Of a stretch of DNA of 64,000 bases, positions 1 through 8,655 are shown in pieces; position 1 is the first letter of the stretch, and every line of letters starts with the position of its first letter. This DNA comes from a virus. Below the pieces are notes generated by a model that saw nothing but the letters and a program-made list of their open reading frames with translations, searched no databases and had not been told where the DNA came from. The stretch covers positions 1 through 64,000 of the IMG/VR virus record IMGVR_UViG_3300042934_001067, one strand, 5' to 3'. The translations under genes were made by a program, and so were the position numbers.

Positions 1-1493
1 TCAACCGCCCCGGTTGAGGACGCCGCGTACATCACGCCGAGGGAGAACCGGAGCCAGCGCTGCTTCGCCTGGTGGACCTTCGCATCGATCCCGACCAGCC
101 GCCACCGGTTGACCGCGTCCTGGACCGAGGCAGGGACCTCGTTGTACGTGTAGTCGCCCGCGTTGCCCACCGCCAGCGGCGAGCCGTCGGCAGGCAGGTA
201 GGTGCGGTGCCACTCCAGACCGAACCGGCTCGTCGGCGTCCAGCCCTCGACCGTGTCCTCGTGGACGATCTCGTAGGCGTACGTCACCCCGTTGGCGACC
301 GTCCCCAGCGGGTGGTCCTTCGTCGCCAGCCCGTACGTTGTGGCCCCGACCACCAGCGTGGTCGGCACCGTCAGGATCGGTCCGAACGGCAGCGGCACGA
401 AGACGTTGTTCGCGGTCGGCCGCGTCTGGTCCGCGCGCAGCCAGTCCCCGGTGTACAGGTCCAGCGTGGACACCGTCTGGAACTTTTTCTCCGTCTGGAA
501 CACCAGGCTCGCCTGCGCGCCCTGGGCCCGGACGCCGCCGGTGAAGATGTCGATCCGGTTGGTGATGTTCAGGGCCGGGTCGTTCCGGCTCACCACCGGC
601 AGGTACTGGTAGCCGACCGTGAGCAGCTCACCGGCCGCCGGGAACGAGGACGACAGGCCACGGACCTGCGGCGGGTTCGCCGGGATCCACTCGTAGTCGT
701 AGTCCTTGATCAGCGGGACGCCGTCCGCCTTCGTCACCTGCACCGGCGACGAGTAGACATACCGGGCATCCTCGATCTCGCAGACCACGTCACCGCTGAC
801 CGGAACCTGGAGGATCTCCGACCGGGTCCGTGACGAGCCGACCACGGACACCGCGTAGCAGTCCGTGTCGTCCAGGGCCACACCCCGGTACATCTGCTCG
901 GTCCCGGCCAGCGACCGGAACACCGTCGACTTCCACCGGGTCCGCAGCTCGGTGTCCGTCTCCCGCGAGGTACCCCCGGTGAAGGCGGCCGTGTTGACCA
1001 CCGAGTTGACCCCCTGGATCGGCGACGTGATCAGCGTCGCCGTCCCCGCCCCCAGGTTGCCCTCCGGCCCGGCCGTGACCGCCTGGACCGGCACCGTGAC
1101 CGACGTGACCCCAGGCATGAGCGTGCCGCCAGTGACTGTGGTGACCACGATCGCCGAGTCCGCCGCCGAGGAGATCTCCGTGCCCACCGGGATGAACACC
1201 GTGGCGGTCAGGTCACCGGTACGGGAGAACGTCACCGTGCCGACCGCACGCCGCGCCGCGAGCCGCGCGATGCCGAACAGCTGGCAGAACGAGTCCAGGT
1301 CCTGGTCCACCTTGCTGTCGATGTCGTAGGCGTACGACAGCAGGTGGTTCTCGACGTAGGCGTCCGCCAGACTGGCCGCGACCGCGTCCAGGATCTTCCG
1401 CGCCGGAGTACCGATGGACGTGTCCAGCTCCGGATCGGAGACCAGCAGCGCGTCACGCATCTGCGTGACGATGTCCTCCCGTGAAACACCCAT
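1..1493 (-). CDS. Baseplate J/gp47-like wedge protein (truncated by window edge)
   Basis: Hand translation from ATG 1493: MGVSREDIVTQMRDALLVSDPELDTSIGTPARKILDAV...AVTAGPEGNLGAG...FTGGTSRETDTELRTR, typical baseplate J motifs; GGAGGG RBS and late promoter upstream; missing from ORF track because it runs off the edge. Confidence 0.85.
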   Translation of the reverse strand, partial: MGVSREDIVTQMRDALLVSDPELDTSIGTPARKILDAVAASLADAYVENHLLSYAYDIDSKVDQDLDSFCQLFGIARLAARRAVGTVTFSRTGDLTATVFIPVGTEISSAADSAIVVTTVTGGTLMPGVTSVTVPVQAVTAGPEGNLGAGTATLITSPIQGVNSVVNTAAFTGGTSRETDTELRTRWKSTVFRSLAGTEQMYRGVALDDTDCYAVSVVGSSRTRSEILQVPVSGDVVCEIEDARYVYSSPVQVTKADGVPLIKDYDYEWIPANPPQVRGLSSSFPAAGELLTVGYQYLPVVSRNDPALNITNRIDIFTGGVRAQGAQASLVFQTEKKFQTVSTLDLYTGDWLRADQTRPTANNVFVPLPFGPILTVPTTLVVGATTYGLATKDHPLGTVANGVTYAYEIVHEDTVEGWTPTSRFGLEWHRTYLPADGSPLAVGNAGDYTYNEVPASVQDAVNRWRLVGIDAKVHQAKQRWLRFSLGVMYAASSTGAV

Positions 1494-1513
1494 GCGCGGC
1501 GCCCTCCCTCTCG

Positions 1514-1548
1514 TCACCCCTTGAGGACGAGCGGGAGGTTCCTCACAG
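1514..1548 (-). promoter_or_regulatory. Late promoter motif 1 (baseplate J)
   Basis: CTGT-N22-AAGGGGTGA on minus strand. Confidence 0.75.
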
Positions 1549-1601
1549 CAAGTTCGTGACCACGCGACCGATGCCGAGTACGTTGATCGTGGGTCGCCTG
1601 C

Positions 1602-1676
1602 GGGTCGCCACCGTGGGGTCTGGAGATACGGGCGATGGCATCAAACCAAGCTGGGGTTCGAGTCCCCGCCGACCCC
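1602..1676 (+). ncRNA. tRNA-like RNA / degenerate tRNA (loop CATCAAA, anticodon position UCA)
   Basis: T-arm TGGGG-TTCGAGT-CCCCG (1652-1668), acceptor GGGTCG/CGACCC, D-like stem CCGTG/TACGG, weak anticodon stem; upstream GTGACC-N17-TACGTT promoter-like site (1556-1584). Confidence 0.4.
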
Positions 1677-1679
1677 CTC

Positions 1680-1704
1680 AAAAGTGAGACCCACTGGGTC
1701 TCAG
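1680..1704. promoter_or_regulatory. parS-like palindrome copy 1
   Basis: AAAAGTGAGACCCACTGGGTCTCA, same as copies at 4037 and 4073. Confidence 0.75.
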
Positions 1705-2129
1705 GTCGTGACCGTCCGGAGCACCTTGACCGTCGCGCCGGACTGGGTCTTGAGCGCGATCGTCACCTTGAGCGTGTCGTACTGCAGCTCCGTCTCGATC
1801 GACGTCACCTCCTTGACCACGTCCTGGTAGCTGAACCGGGACCGTGACCGTGACAGGGCGTCGGCCGCGATCTGCGCCTGCTGCGCGTCCACGTACTGCT
1901 GGATGACCCGCACGATCTCCGACCGCACGAGCAGCTCCAGCTCGGCCGTCAGCGGCTCCCCGATGTGCGAGGCCAGCACTGAGCCGAACTCCGGGTGATA
2001 CGGGTCGTGCCCGAACGGCTCGGCGAGCGCCAGCCCCAGATCCTGCCGGATCCGAGGCGCACCGGTGACCGTCCGGTAGCCGCCCTCACCGAGGGCCAGA
2101 TCCCCGCCAACGAGCGCCAGCGTCTTCAT
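1701..2129 (-). CDS. Baseplate wedge gp25/gpW-like protein
   Basis: MKTLALVGGDLAL...RIRQDLGLAL...DPYHPEFGSVL, gp25-like motif; ATG 2129 with GAGGAGGT RBS. Confidence 0.8.
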   Translation of the reverse strand: MKTLALVGGDLALGEGGYRTVTGAPRIRQDLGLALAEPFGHDPYHPEFGSVLASHIGEPLTAELELLVRSEIVRVIQQYVDAQQAQIAADALSRSRSRFSYQDVVKEVTSIETELQYDTLKVTIALKTQSGATVKVLRTVTT

Positions 2130-2140
2130 GGGCCACCTCC

Positions 2141-2175
2141 TCACCCCTTTCTGGCGCCGATCGGGTCGGAAACAC
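2141..2175 (-). promoter_or_regulatory. Late promoter motif 2 (gp25-like)
   Basis: GTGT-N22-AAGGGGTGA. Confidence 0.65.
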
Positions 2176-2247
2176 GGCCTCCTGGGCAACACAGGGGCGA
2201 CCTTGCGGCAAGATGTGGTCCGACATCCCGCCGAAGGAAGGACTGGA

Positions 2248-3057
2248 GTGAAGACCTCGACACTCCCCAGGCAGCAACTGAGGCGCCTGCTCGCCTCTCA
2301 CGACGAGATCCGGGTCTGGATCAATCAGAACGGCTGCCTCGTCATCGGCGTCGGCATGCTCAAGGGCGGCACCGGCAAGACCACGATGACCATCTTCCTT
2401 GCCCTGTACCTTGCCGTGATGCTGGGCCTCAAGGTCCTCGTCATCGACACCGACGACAACAGCCAGACGGTGGACGAGTGGTACAAGATTCGCGAGAACC
2501 GCGAGGACCTGGAAGGAAACCCGGCCCCGGAGAAGGTCCCCTTCGACCTCGTCACCTACGACGCCAAGAACAAGGCCGAGGACGCACCCGAGCTGGACGA
2601 CGTCATCGACAGCTTCCGAGACCAGTTCGACGTCATCATCGTGGACTCGGGCGGCGCCGGGAAGGAGGCGTACTGGGAGCTGTGCCAGAAGGCCCACATG
2701 GTTCTCCTGCCGTTCGCGCCGTCCGGGTTCGAGTGGAACCGCATCGCGCCGACAGCCAAGACGGCCGCGCGAGGAGGCAAGGCCAACGACAACCGGCTGA
2801 AGGTCTTCGTGTGCATGGTGAAGTGCACCGGCCGGAACACCTTGGCGGCCGACGCCCGTCCCGTGGTTGAGGCCCTCATGGCGACGAAGATCGACGACGA
2901 AATCCGGAAGAAGATCGACGTCGCCTTCATGGACAAGGAGTTCGAGATCAGCGACTCGCCGGACTACCCCCGCGCTTGGGACGAGACTCCGAAGCGCACC
3001 CACCTGGAGGAGATGGGGCTCCTGTTCCGCCACGCCATGAAGGAGGTCATCGGCTGA
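2248..3057 (+). CDS. parA: ParA-family partition ATPase
   Basis: Deviant Walker A KGGTGKTT, VLVIDTD, DVIIVDSG Walker B; GTG 2248 after AGGAAGGA. Confidence 0.9.
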   Translation: MKTSTLPRQQLRRLLASHDEIRVWINQNGCLVIGVGMLKGGTGKTTMTIFLALYLAVMLGLKVLVIDTDDNSQTVDEWYKIRENREDLEGNPAPEKVPFDLVTYDAKNKAEDAPELDDVIDSFRDQFDVIIVDSGGAGKEAYWELCQKAHMVLLPFAPSGFEWNRIAPTAKTAARGGKANDNRLKVFVCMVKCTGRNTLAADARPVVEALMATKIDDEIRKKIDVAFMDKEFEISDSPDYPRAWDETPKRTHLEEMGLLFRHAMKEVIG

Positions 3058-4034
3058 TGGCACGCCTGGAAGCTCCTGCCACGAAGCAGGCGGCCCCGAA
3101 GAAGATGACCGCGCGAGAGAAGCGGGTGGCGCAGGCGACACGGTCGGTCTCTGCCACCGGCGTCGCACCAGCCCGTCGGGGCGAAGCGGACGACACCCTG
3201 GCCACAGCGAGCGCACCGGCCGAAGAACCGACGCAGCCCGCCGAGGCTGTCGTCCCCCGCCCGGCCGACGAGGGCGAAGTTCACGTTCCTCCCTCGGACG
3301 CCGTAGTGAAGGCATCGGAGGAGAACAACCCCTTCGAGTTCGTCAAGCCCCCCGAGGACGCCGACCCGTTCGAGCAGATCGGCATGGCCCGGCGTGGAAT
3401 CGCGCAGGCCAACCGGGGGCTGGCCAACGGCCTCGGCAAGCTGCAGAGGGACTACGTCGCCTCGGCAGGCGAGTACCTCTGGTGGGCCACCCAGGGCACC
3501 CGGCTGAAGGACGCGGGCTTCAAGTCCATCGAGAAGTTCGCCGAGCCGCTCGGCCTCACCAAGCAGGACGTCTACCGGCTGCGTCGCGCCGTCCCTGTCT
3601 ACCGGATCATCGGGGACATGGTGGAGGAGCCGCTGAACGAGCGCACCATCCGTGAGCTGTTCTCGACGATCGTGGACGAGAAGGGCGAGATCGGCGTCAC
3701 CCCGGACGGCGAGCCGGATGTCTCCCCGGAGCGCCAGAAGAACCTTCGGGACCAGTTCACCGAGATGAAGAAGATGGGCCGGGTCAACTCCGGCGGCGCT
3801 GTGGCGGCCCGCCGACTCCTCATGCTCGGCGAGGCAACCGACGTCATCACGCCCGAGCCTGGCTCGTCAGTGACCTCGAAGGCGGTCGAGCAGCTCGCCA
3901 AGGCCCGCCGCACGAACCGCATCATCGACCTGGAAGTTCTCCGTGAAGCCAAGGAGGAGGACCCGGACGAGGCCAAGCAGTACGTTGAGGACCTGCGGCG
4001 CCGGTATGAGGCTGCAGCTGAGATCGTCGGCTGA
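3057..4034 (+). CDS. Atypical ParB / centromere-binding protein (HTH)
   Basis: Coupled to parA (TGATG); basic flexible N-terminus; HTH-like SIEKFAEPLGLTKQDVYRLRRA; followed directly by two palindromes; no GxxRxxA CTPase motif seen. Confidence 0.65.
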   Translation: MARLEAPATKQAAPKKMTAREKRVAQATRSVSATGVAPARRGEADDTLATASAPAEEPTQPAEAVVPRPADEGEVHVPPSDAVVKASEENNPFEFVKPPEDADPFEQIGMARRGIAQANRGLANGLGKLQRDYVASAGEYLWWATQGTRLKDAGFKSIEKFAEPLGLTKQDVYRLRRAVPVYRIIGDMVEEPLNERTIRELFSTIVDEKGEIGVTPDGEPDVSPERQKNLRDQFTEMKKMGRVNSGGAVAARRLLMLGEATDVITPEPGSSVTSKAVEQLAKARRTNRIIDLEVLREAKEEDPDEAKQYVEDLRRRYEAAAEIVG

Positions 4035-4036
4035 GC

Positions 4037-4103
4037 AAAAGTGAGACCCACTGGGTCTCACTCTGGTACCAGAAAAAGTGAGACCCACTGGGTCTCACTT
4101 TTT
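4037..4103. promoter_or_regulatory. parS-like palindromes copies 2 and 3
   Basis: GTGAGACCCA-C-TGGGTCTCAC at 4041-4061 and 4078-4098; the second extends to a 31-bp palindrome 4073-4103. Confidence 0.8.
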
Positions 4104-4351
4104 CATGTCCCGAAGTCGAGCCGGGCGGCGAAGGACCAGATCCCGTAGGTCCGGTCGACGACCCAGGTCTGGCCCACCTCCAGCTCGATGCCGGTGCGGT
4201 GGATGGCCGTGGTGGCCTCCAGGTACTGGCCCTCCGTGTCGATGCAGATAGCCATCCGCTTCTCGGTGAGGATCTCCTTCACCTTGACCTGCTTGATGGT
4301 CCAGCCCAGGCCGTAGGAGGCCGCGTTGCCGGGGCCGCGCATCGGCATCAT
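4103..4351 (-). CDS. Small baseplate protein (possible spike/OB-fold subunit)
   Basis: 82 aa, coupled to hub gene (TGATG), positioned between hub and gp25-like gene. Confidence 0.5.
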   Translation of the reverse strand: MMPMRGPGNAASYGLGWTIKQVKVKEILTEKRMAICIDTEGQYLEATTAIHRTGIELEVGQTWVVDRTYGIWSFAARLDFGT

Positions 4352-6831
4352 CAGCTGCCTCCCGCCATCGGCAGGCCCAGGAGCTTCTTGTCACCCGTGA
4401 GCCGGGCCGGAGCGGCCACCTGGACCGAGGTGTTGAAGTAGCCGCCCTCACCGAACTTGAAGGAGTGCGTCACCGTCGTCACGTACGCCTGGAAGTTGAA
4501 GGCGGGGAACTGCAGCAGCATCCCCGGCCACACCTCCGGCATCCACGTCAGCGGGATCGACGCGCTGTACTGGTAGGCGAACTGGCGCAGGAACAGGAAG
4601 ATGGCGGAGAAGAACTGGGCCTTCGGCCCGACCAGCCCAGGCAGCTGCTGGTAGTCCGGCCGGGCGCCGAACCGCTGCTTGATCCAGTTCGCGTACTCCT
4701 CGGCCTCCTTCTCGGACATGTCCATCCCGAACAACGCCTTCCACACGCCGGGGAAGTCGATCGTCACCACGCCGCTGGTGAGGATGGCGGCCTGGGCCAG
4801 GTAGCTCTCTCCGACGGAACTCTGCACGGTGCCGGTCGCCGGATCGAAGAGGTTGCCGCCCAGCGGGGCCGTCACGGCGAACTGGTGCGTGACCATGTAG
4901 TCGTCCGACCAGGACACCTCGAAGTCCTGCACCTCGATCGGCTCGATCACCATCTTCGCGGCCGTGCCCCACATCCCGTAGTAGTCCGGGTACCAGGCGA
5001 TCAGGTCGCCGTTCGGGGCGGAGCAGAACGACCGCATCGTCGAGTTGAAAAGGTTCTTCAGGTACGGCAGCAGCGGCTGGTCGTTGAGGAGCGCGCGCGG
5101 GCCGACGAGGGCCTGCGCGATGAAGTAGTTCGGGTCGTTCTCTGCCGTCGAGATCGGCAGCCACGCGTTGTCGCCGAACATCTTGTCGAAGGGGTCGTCC
5201 GGGTTGTAGCCGGGTGCGTCCGCACCGGTGACCAGCTCGACGCCCGGGTCGGTCGGCTCCGGGATCTCGGTGCCGCCGTCGTTCTCGCCGACGATGACCC
5301 CGCCCGCGCCCGTGGTGTAGGCGATGCGCGGGAGGAAGCCGCCGTAGTCCCAGTACGAGGCGGGCAGCGTTGGCCCGACACCGACGTTGGGGTTCGCCCG
5401 CCTGCTGTGCGCGCCGATCGTGTCCTTGCCGTTGCCCAGGCTCATCTCGACGTGGTGGATCCCGCTCGGGCTGGAGCCCTTGAAGAGGAGCGCGCCCGGC
5501 GTCTCCAGAGCCGTCTTGACCGACACCTTCTTGCAGAAGCCGTACTGGGCGGAGGCGACGCGCGGAACGTTGTACAGCGCCCCCAGCCCGCGCAGGTACA
5601 TGGCCTGCACGAAGCTGGAGCAGTCCAGGCCGGGCGGCGGCTCGGCCTTCAGGACGCCGAGCTGGGTGCCGCCGTACTGCTGGGTGTACGGGATGTTCGG
5701 GTGCTTCTTGCAGAAGTTGACCGCGAGCTGCGCGAGGGCCAGGCCGCTGATGGTGCCCTGAGGCTTCGAGTTGAGCGCGTCGGACGAGCCGCCGCCCTTC
5801 TCCAGGTCGCGGACCATCGCGGTCGCGGGCTTCTCGTGCTTCTCATACGCGCGCGGGTAGGCGGAGCGCTGGACCTTCTGGCAGACCTCCCACATCTCCA
5901 GCCGGTCCCGGCCCTTGAGCTTGAAGAGCGTCTCGTAGAACTTCCCGGCCGCGTACTCAGGGTTCATGATCTGCTCGCGGGTGCCCCAGCCCTGGCTCGG
6001 GCGCTGCTGGAACAGGCCGACGGAGTCCCGGTCGCCGTGGGTGAGGTTGTTCAGGCCCGACTCCTGCATCGCCGTCATGATCGCGATGATGCAGTCCCGG
6101 GTGGACGCTCCCCGCTGCTTGCCGACGGAATAGATCGTCGCCGCATTCGCTTTCTGCTCGGAGCTGTTGAACCCGCCGTACGTCCCCGTCAGGGCGGACG
6201 CGTCGGCACCGCCCGCGCCCACGGACGCGGTGCCCAGCGATTCGAGGAGCGTCCGTGCGACCTCGTCGGCCTCGTCCAGCTCGGCGTTGATCTGCTTGGC
6301 CAGGGCCTCGATGACCGAGTACCAGTTCCCCGGGATCCGGGCGATGTGGACCTTCGACTCCGGCCAGCCGACGACCTTCTTCAGGATCGTCAGGACGACG
6401 TTGGTCATGCCGCCGTCAGAGATGGTGCTGTCCTTGGCCGCGTCCGAGAGAGCTTGGCGGACCATGGCCTGTGAGGCCTCGGCGTGGGAGTCCCAGAACC
6501 AGTACTGCAGACGCTTGAGGCTGCACGAGGCGGTTACGTGGACGACGCGCGGCCACGCGGTCACCAGCGGGACCTTGTTGAGGTAGCCGGTGAACACCTG
6601 GACCCACTTCAGGCGCTTCATCTGCACGCTGATGCGGTCGTTCGGGGTGAGCACCCCGTCGTACTTCCGCCGCGCGTTCTGCAGGGCGAACCGGAACGTG
6701 GAGACGCCGTCGGAGCGGCGGACCAGTTCGCCGTCGACCAGGTCATCGGAGACGTCGATGATCCCGTGCTTCTCCGTCGCGATGTAGACCTTCACGCCCG
6801 GCGCACTCACGAAGTTCGGAATCAGGACCAC
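4351..6831 (-). CDS. Baseplate hub with lysozyme-like and NlpC/P60 peptidoglycan hydrolase domains
   Basis: AMQESGL...DSVGLFQQRPSQGWG (lysozyme-like) and GLDCSSFV...HHVEMSLG...IGAH (NlpC/P60) inside a hub-like protein; exact start uncertain. Confidence 0.8.
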   Translation of the reverse strand: MVLIPNFVSAPGVKVYIATEKHGIIDVSDDLVDGELVRRSDGVSTFRFALQNARRKYDGVLTPNDRISVQMKRLKWVQVFTGYLNKVPLVTAWPRVVHVTASCSLKRLQYWFWDSHAEASQAMVRQALSDAAKDSTISDGGMTNVVLTILKKVVGWPESKVHIARIPGNWYSVIEALAKQINAELDEADEVARTLLESLGTASVGAGGADASALTGTYGGFNSSEQKANAATIYSVGKQRGASTRDCIIAIMTAMQESGLNNLTHGDRDSVGLFQQRPSQGWGTREQIMNPEYAAGKFYETLFKLKGRDRLEMWEVCQKVQRSAYPRAYEKHEKPATAMVRDLEKGGGSSDALNSKPQGTISGLALAQLAVNFCKKHPNIPYTQQYGGTQLGVLKAEPPPGLDCSSFVQAMYLRGLGALYNVPRVASAQYGFCKKVSVKTALETPGALLFKGSSPSGIHHVEMSLGNGKDTIGAHSRRANPNVGVGPTLPASYWDYGGFLPRIAYTTGAGGVIVGENDGGTEIPEPTDPGVELVTGADAPGYNPDDPFDKMFGDNAWLPISTAENDPNYFIAQALVGPRALLNDQPLLPYLKNLFNSTMRSFCSAPNGDLIAWYPDYYGMWGTAAKMVIEPIEVQDFEVSWSDDYMVTHQFAVTAPLGGNLFDPATGTVQSSVGESYLAQAAILTSGVVTIDFPGVWKALFGMDMSEKEAEEYANWIKQRFGARPDYQQLPGLVGPKAQFFSAIFLFLRQFAYQYSASIPLTWMPEVWPGMLLQFPAFNFQAYVTTVTHSFKFGEGGYFNTSVQVAAPARLTGDKKLLGLPMAGGS

Positions 6832-6833
6832 CT

Positions 6834-6868
6834 CCGCCCCTTGGGGCGAATGACGGACAAGGAGACAC
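6834..6868 (-). promoter_or_regulatory. Late promoter motif 3 (hub)
   Basis: GTGT-N22-AAGGGGCGG. Confidence 0.6.
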
Positions 6869-6869
6869 G

Positions 6870-7120
6870 AGCCCCGCTACGCTGGGGCTGCTTCCCCTCT
6901 GCTGACGGGGTGGTCGGCCATTCATCCGGCTGAGCGGCCCGCCCGTGCCGAAGATCGTAGGGCGGGCCGCTATCATGAGAGCAGAGGCAGTTGCCGTGGG
7001 CGGCTGCAAGTGGGGCCAGGTGACCCGGGGCAGACCGGGAGCCTGGCCCGGCGTCGTTTGGTGCGCGTACGATGGAGCTGGCCCTGGCGGCTGGATCTCA
7101 TCGAGGGTCGCGCCAGGGCC
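6870..7120 (+). ncRNA. Candidate structured RNA A
   Basis: Dense stems: 6870-75/6884-89, 6896-6903/6980-87, 12-bp 6933-44/6960-71, 6987-95/6999-7007 (G-U pairs on +), 7013-20/7042-49, terminal 7080-89/7111-20. Confidence 0.4.
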
Positions 7121-7123
7121 TCT

Positions 7124-7774
7124 TCAATCCCCGTAGTCGTACCGCTCGCTCGGCAGGGTGCCCTCGTTCATCCCGAGGTTGGGCGGTGTCTGGCCCGGGT
7201 CCGAGCCGCCGTCGCTGCCGTCGATGATGTTCTGGTAGTTCCCGGACGGCACCGCGTTGCCGCCGAGCTGGGTGCCCATCGGCCAGAAGTACCTCATGTC
7301 GGGGTCCTCGGCCGCGACGAAGGAGCTGGCGCCCCACCGCTCGGTGTCCTGCGGCTCCCTGGTCGTCTCGAAGGTGATGGTGGGCGTCCAGAGCATCGCG
7401 CCGACCTGGTCGCCCCACTCGAAGCCCGTCAGCGGCACTCCCTCACGGTCGAAGTTCCGTGAGGGGATCAGGACCCGCATGTCGGGGAACCGCTCGCCTG
7501 CAGGCAGGCCGGGGTCCATGACGTAGTCGGCGTAGCGCTGCATCCAGTCGGCGAAGGCCTTCCGCTCGCTGTATCCCTTGAGCAGAACCCGCAGGTAGAA
7601 GCGGGAGGGGGTCGCGCGGTGAGGGTAGTAGGCGCGGGAGTTGCGGGCGCTGGAGGTGTCGGCGACCATCACCATGCCGTGGCCGACAGCGTCGACCCGG
7701 GCCCGGAAGACCTGGTTGGCGCCGCCCCGGGGGTAGGTGAGGGTGCAGTTCAGGCCCCTGCGTCCGTCTGCCAC
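7124..7774 (-). CDS. Tail/baseplate protein
   Basis: C-terminal part of ORF 7124..9394; GTG 7774 after GAGGAGGAG; MADGRRGLNCTLTYP..., globular composition. Confidence 0.6.
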   Translation of the reverse strand: MADGRRGLNCTLTYPRGGANQVFRARVDAVGHGMVMVADTSSARNSRAYYPHRATPSRFYLRVLLKGYSERKAFADWMQRYADYVMDPGLPAGERFPDMRVLIPSRNFDREGVPLTGFEWGDQVGAMLWTPTITFETTREPQDTERWGASSFVAAEDPDMRYFWPMGTQLGGNAVPSGNYQNIIDGSDGGSDPGQTPPNLGMNEGTLPSERYDYGD

Positions 7775-7998
7775 GACTCCTCCTCCTCGGGGTCGGGAAC
7801 GGTCTCCACACGCCTGTCCAGCGGGTTGAAGGGCGCGTAGGTGGGCGTGGCCAGCCGCTCGTGGTCGGCGGCCGACAGGTCCGGGAAGAGGCCGTCCAGG
7901 GTCATGGTGAAGCCGCCCATGTTCACGATGCCTTCCAGGTCGCCCGGGAGCGGCTGCGGCATGGACACGGGCACGTCGGAGCCCCACTGGTTCGCCAT
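7750..7998 (-). CDS. Small tail-region protein
   Basis: 82 aa abutting upstream stop, AGGAG RBS. Confidence 0.6.
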   Translation of the reverse strand: MANQWGSDVPVSMPQPLPGDLEGIVNMGGFTMTLDGLFPDLSAADHERLATPTYAPFNPLDRRVETVPDPEEEESWQTDAGA

Positions 7999-8652
7999 CT
8001 ACTCCTCCTGGCCCTTGTCGGTCTCCTCGCCGGGCTTCCCGTCGATGAGGCCGCCGTTGTACTCGGTCTGCTTCCAGCCGATGCCCTCGCTGATGCGGGC
8101 GATGTACGACGAGATCGCCTTCTCCTGCGCGGCGTCGACCGCGTTGTTCGACGAGCCCGCCTTGACCAGCGAGTCGCTCCCCGCCTGCACGATGAACAGC
8201 TGGAGGCGGTAGCCGTGAGAGAACTTGCCGGTGCGGTGCTCGATGCTGGCCTGGCCGTCGAGGTCGGCGACCTCGGTGAGGTAGACCTTCCAGCGCCAGT
8301 TGTGCGGCGGGTAGTTGAAGACGGCCGGGGCGTGCATCTTCCCCGGGGTCCGTGAGTCCCGCGACTGGTGGTCCATGATGGCCCGGCACTTGGCGACGAA
8401 CGCCTCGTGCAGGCGCCAGCTGGCCCCCGCGTGGTCCGCGTTGCGGTCCGGAGACGGCCCGGCCCTGCGGTTCTCGCCGAGATGGCCCGCCACCGTGATG
8501 TCCCGCAGCGTGGCGCCGGTGACGTGCACGACCCGGCCGCCGACCGTCTGCGTGACGGTGGTGTGGATGTCGAAGCCCCAGTCGATCGAGTCGGGGTTGA
8601 TCCGGAAGGTGACCTGCGGTCCTCCAGTGAAGCCCAGGGACGCCAGAGCCAT
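7999..8652 (-). CDS. Tail tube initiator / distal-tail-like protein
   Basis: FRINPDSIDWGF...TQTVGGRVV...DITVAG pattern; directly after tape measure. Confidence 0.6.
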   Translation of the reverse strand: MALASLGFTGGPQVTFRINPDSIDWGFDIHTTVTQTVGGRVVHVTGATLRDITVAGHLGENRRAGPSPDRNADHAGASWRLHEAFVAKCRAIMDHQSRDSRTPGKMHAPAVFNYPPHNWRWKVYLTEVADLDGQASIEHRTGKFSHGYRLQLFIVQAGSDSLVKAGSSNNAVDAAQEKAISSYIARISEGIGWKQTEYNGGLIDGKPGEETDKGQEE

Positions 8653-8655
8653 GTC

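Noticed and set aside
4037-4103. Repeated palindromes as a mini-CRISPR array or transposon ends
   Set aside because: Spacer only 16 bp, no cas or transposase gene, and adjacent to parA and its partner
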